DNA of 64,000 nt, taken from contig RDEW01000058.1 in assembly GCA_011109175.1 (NCBI GenBank), positions 212,978 through 276,977 on the forward strand, given 5' to 3'. The translations under genes were made by a program, and so were the position numbers. Position 1 is the first letter of the stretch, and every line of letters begins with the position of its first letter. The notes under the pieces are model-generated. The model worked only from the letters and a program-made list of their open reading frames with translations, was not told the DNA's origin and searched no databases. This document shows positions 62,421 through 64,000 of this stretch, piece by piece. The DNA is from Dicyema japonicum. Its lineage: Eukaryota > Animalia > Dicyemida.

Positions 62421-64000
62421 TTGAAGGCTGGAGTCACCTAATTAGTTAGTTTTGACCTATTTTCCCTGGTGGTCTTGGGATTAAATAAATAAAATAGATT
62501 CCAAGCTATGATCTGATCTTCATTATCATTTTTCGTAACATGTCACGCATGTATTTGAAAAATCTCGCAAGTTCAACATACTGTAGTATGTAGGTCTAAG
62601 GCGTCCCAGATATGAAACTGGACAGAACTGACGGTGCGCTTTGATTTTTTTCCAAAAGGACAATAAACGACAACCCCAAGGGGCACTCTTTTCCAAAACA
62701 AAGAGAGATTGACGATTATCTACAGACAATTCATCAGAGGAGCGATAAACTATGTTGTTCCAAACTGGGTCTCTGTTTATCCATAACTAACCTCAATAGA
62801 ATACAAATGACCCAAAACCGCTCTAAAAAGAACTACCGAGAGACTAAAATCCACAACAACCACTTTGGGAATTAAAAATTCTCATAATTAGTAACCAAAT
62901 CACTATGCTCTGCCTACAATTCCTGACGAGTGTAAACGACGAATCATCTGTCTGATTGCATTTGTCCTCCACGAAAAAAATCCCAGAGACTTAGCTTTTC
63001 AGTTAACGACCCAAGATTGGATTTTCACTAATTCCATCAGAAATATTAGTACCGATAAGCTCTGGGACGTCTTCTTCAAGGAACTGGGGTACAGCTTATG
63101 AGATCACTAAAGGAAAACCTTTGAAAGATGAAGATTCTATTGAGACAAGGCGGAATCAAAAAATTAAGAAAAGACAATTTTTCTAATATCATCTATTGTA
63201 AGCTTATTAATCCTCTTCTTCTCACAAACAGAAAGAACTCTCTAGCACTCCCGCTTTAGTCAAAAATTCCGTCCTCCACATATCAACACATCAATCTATG
63301 AGCTATCACGAGGTCACCACCTTTATGTAGGAGCCGATTTAGTTTCACCAATCTGACCACAAATTTAGTCAACCACGGCAAGATACCTACCAAATAACCC
63401 CAAACCATCACCAATGCGAGTCCATTTGAAATATATTTTTAGTCGAGACTAAGTTGAGTCCCACAATTAGCCTTCGTCGATAGAAGACTAATCTACTAAT
63501 GAAACATCATTACCCTGACGTCATGTAAAGTCTGCATTGAAAGACTGGATAGTTGACTGTGGAATTAACAAAACGACATATTTAGTGATTTATGTCTTTC
63601 TGAGACAAAATGAATCAGCTTAACCAACTGAGAGATCACAATACTAAAATTACCTCATGAATAACAATTTATCAGATCCCCCAGTTAGAATTTTTGTCGA
63701 TAGTGTTACAAGCACCCCTTGCTAATCCTAACCTTACAATCATACCATGCTAGTGCTCATTGACTCTATCCTACAATAGTTAATATGGACTACATCAAAT
63801 AGTCCCACGTGGCAACAACATTGTGGAGACAAAAAAAGAAGTGGAATAAATGTGAGTTAACAACCTTAGTTCCACCACCTTAGAACAAACATACTTAAAT
63901 CTATCATATAAAAGTCGTTCTTGTGAGACAAGTCGGTAAAATGATCACAGAATATTTCAGAAGTGAGACATCCATTTTCGTCGCACTTTGTACCGTCCTG

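Overview
An AT-rich, repeat-dense window from a eukaryote, most likely an animal (rootletin, GH18 chitinase-like and POU-like sequences). Its host genes are split by ultra-short spliceosomal introns of about 19-28 nt. That pattern fits a compact-intron parasite such as a dicyemid or myxozoan, but the taxon is my inference and is not established. Host genes: a ~35-intron rootletin/CROCC gene (35.3-42.3 kb, +); two tandem secreted GH18 chitinase-like genes lacking the catalytic DxDxE motif (45.3-46.6 and 51.7-53.0 kb, -); two paralogous single-pass membrane (LAMP-like?) genes; a degraded STRAD-like pseudokinase; a POU-like remnant with an in-frame 45-bp triplication; and an intron-dense orphan gene. 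The rest is mostly transposon debris: RTE, CRE, R4/Dong-like and Jockey/I-like LINE fragments (one with a 2A-like GDVEPNPRP motif); a hAT element with an 8-bp TSD; a Tigger/pogo element carrying nested RTE and Mutator insertions; MITEs; and an integrase relic. There are also orphan 18S and 28S rRNA fragments, the 28S piece followed by an IGS-like region with subrepeats, a G4 motif and a CACGTG cluster. The most intriguing candidate is a dispersed non-coding retroposon-like repeat whose core can fold into an HDV-like double pseudoknot. Several single-base losses in homopolymer runs suggest uncorrected long-read errors, so pseudogene calls are tentative. All calls are by eye; no searches were run.
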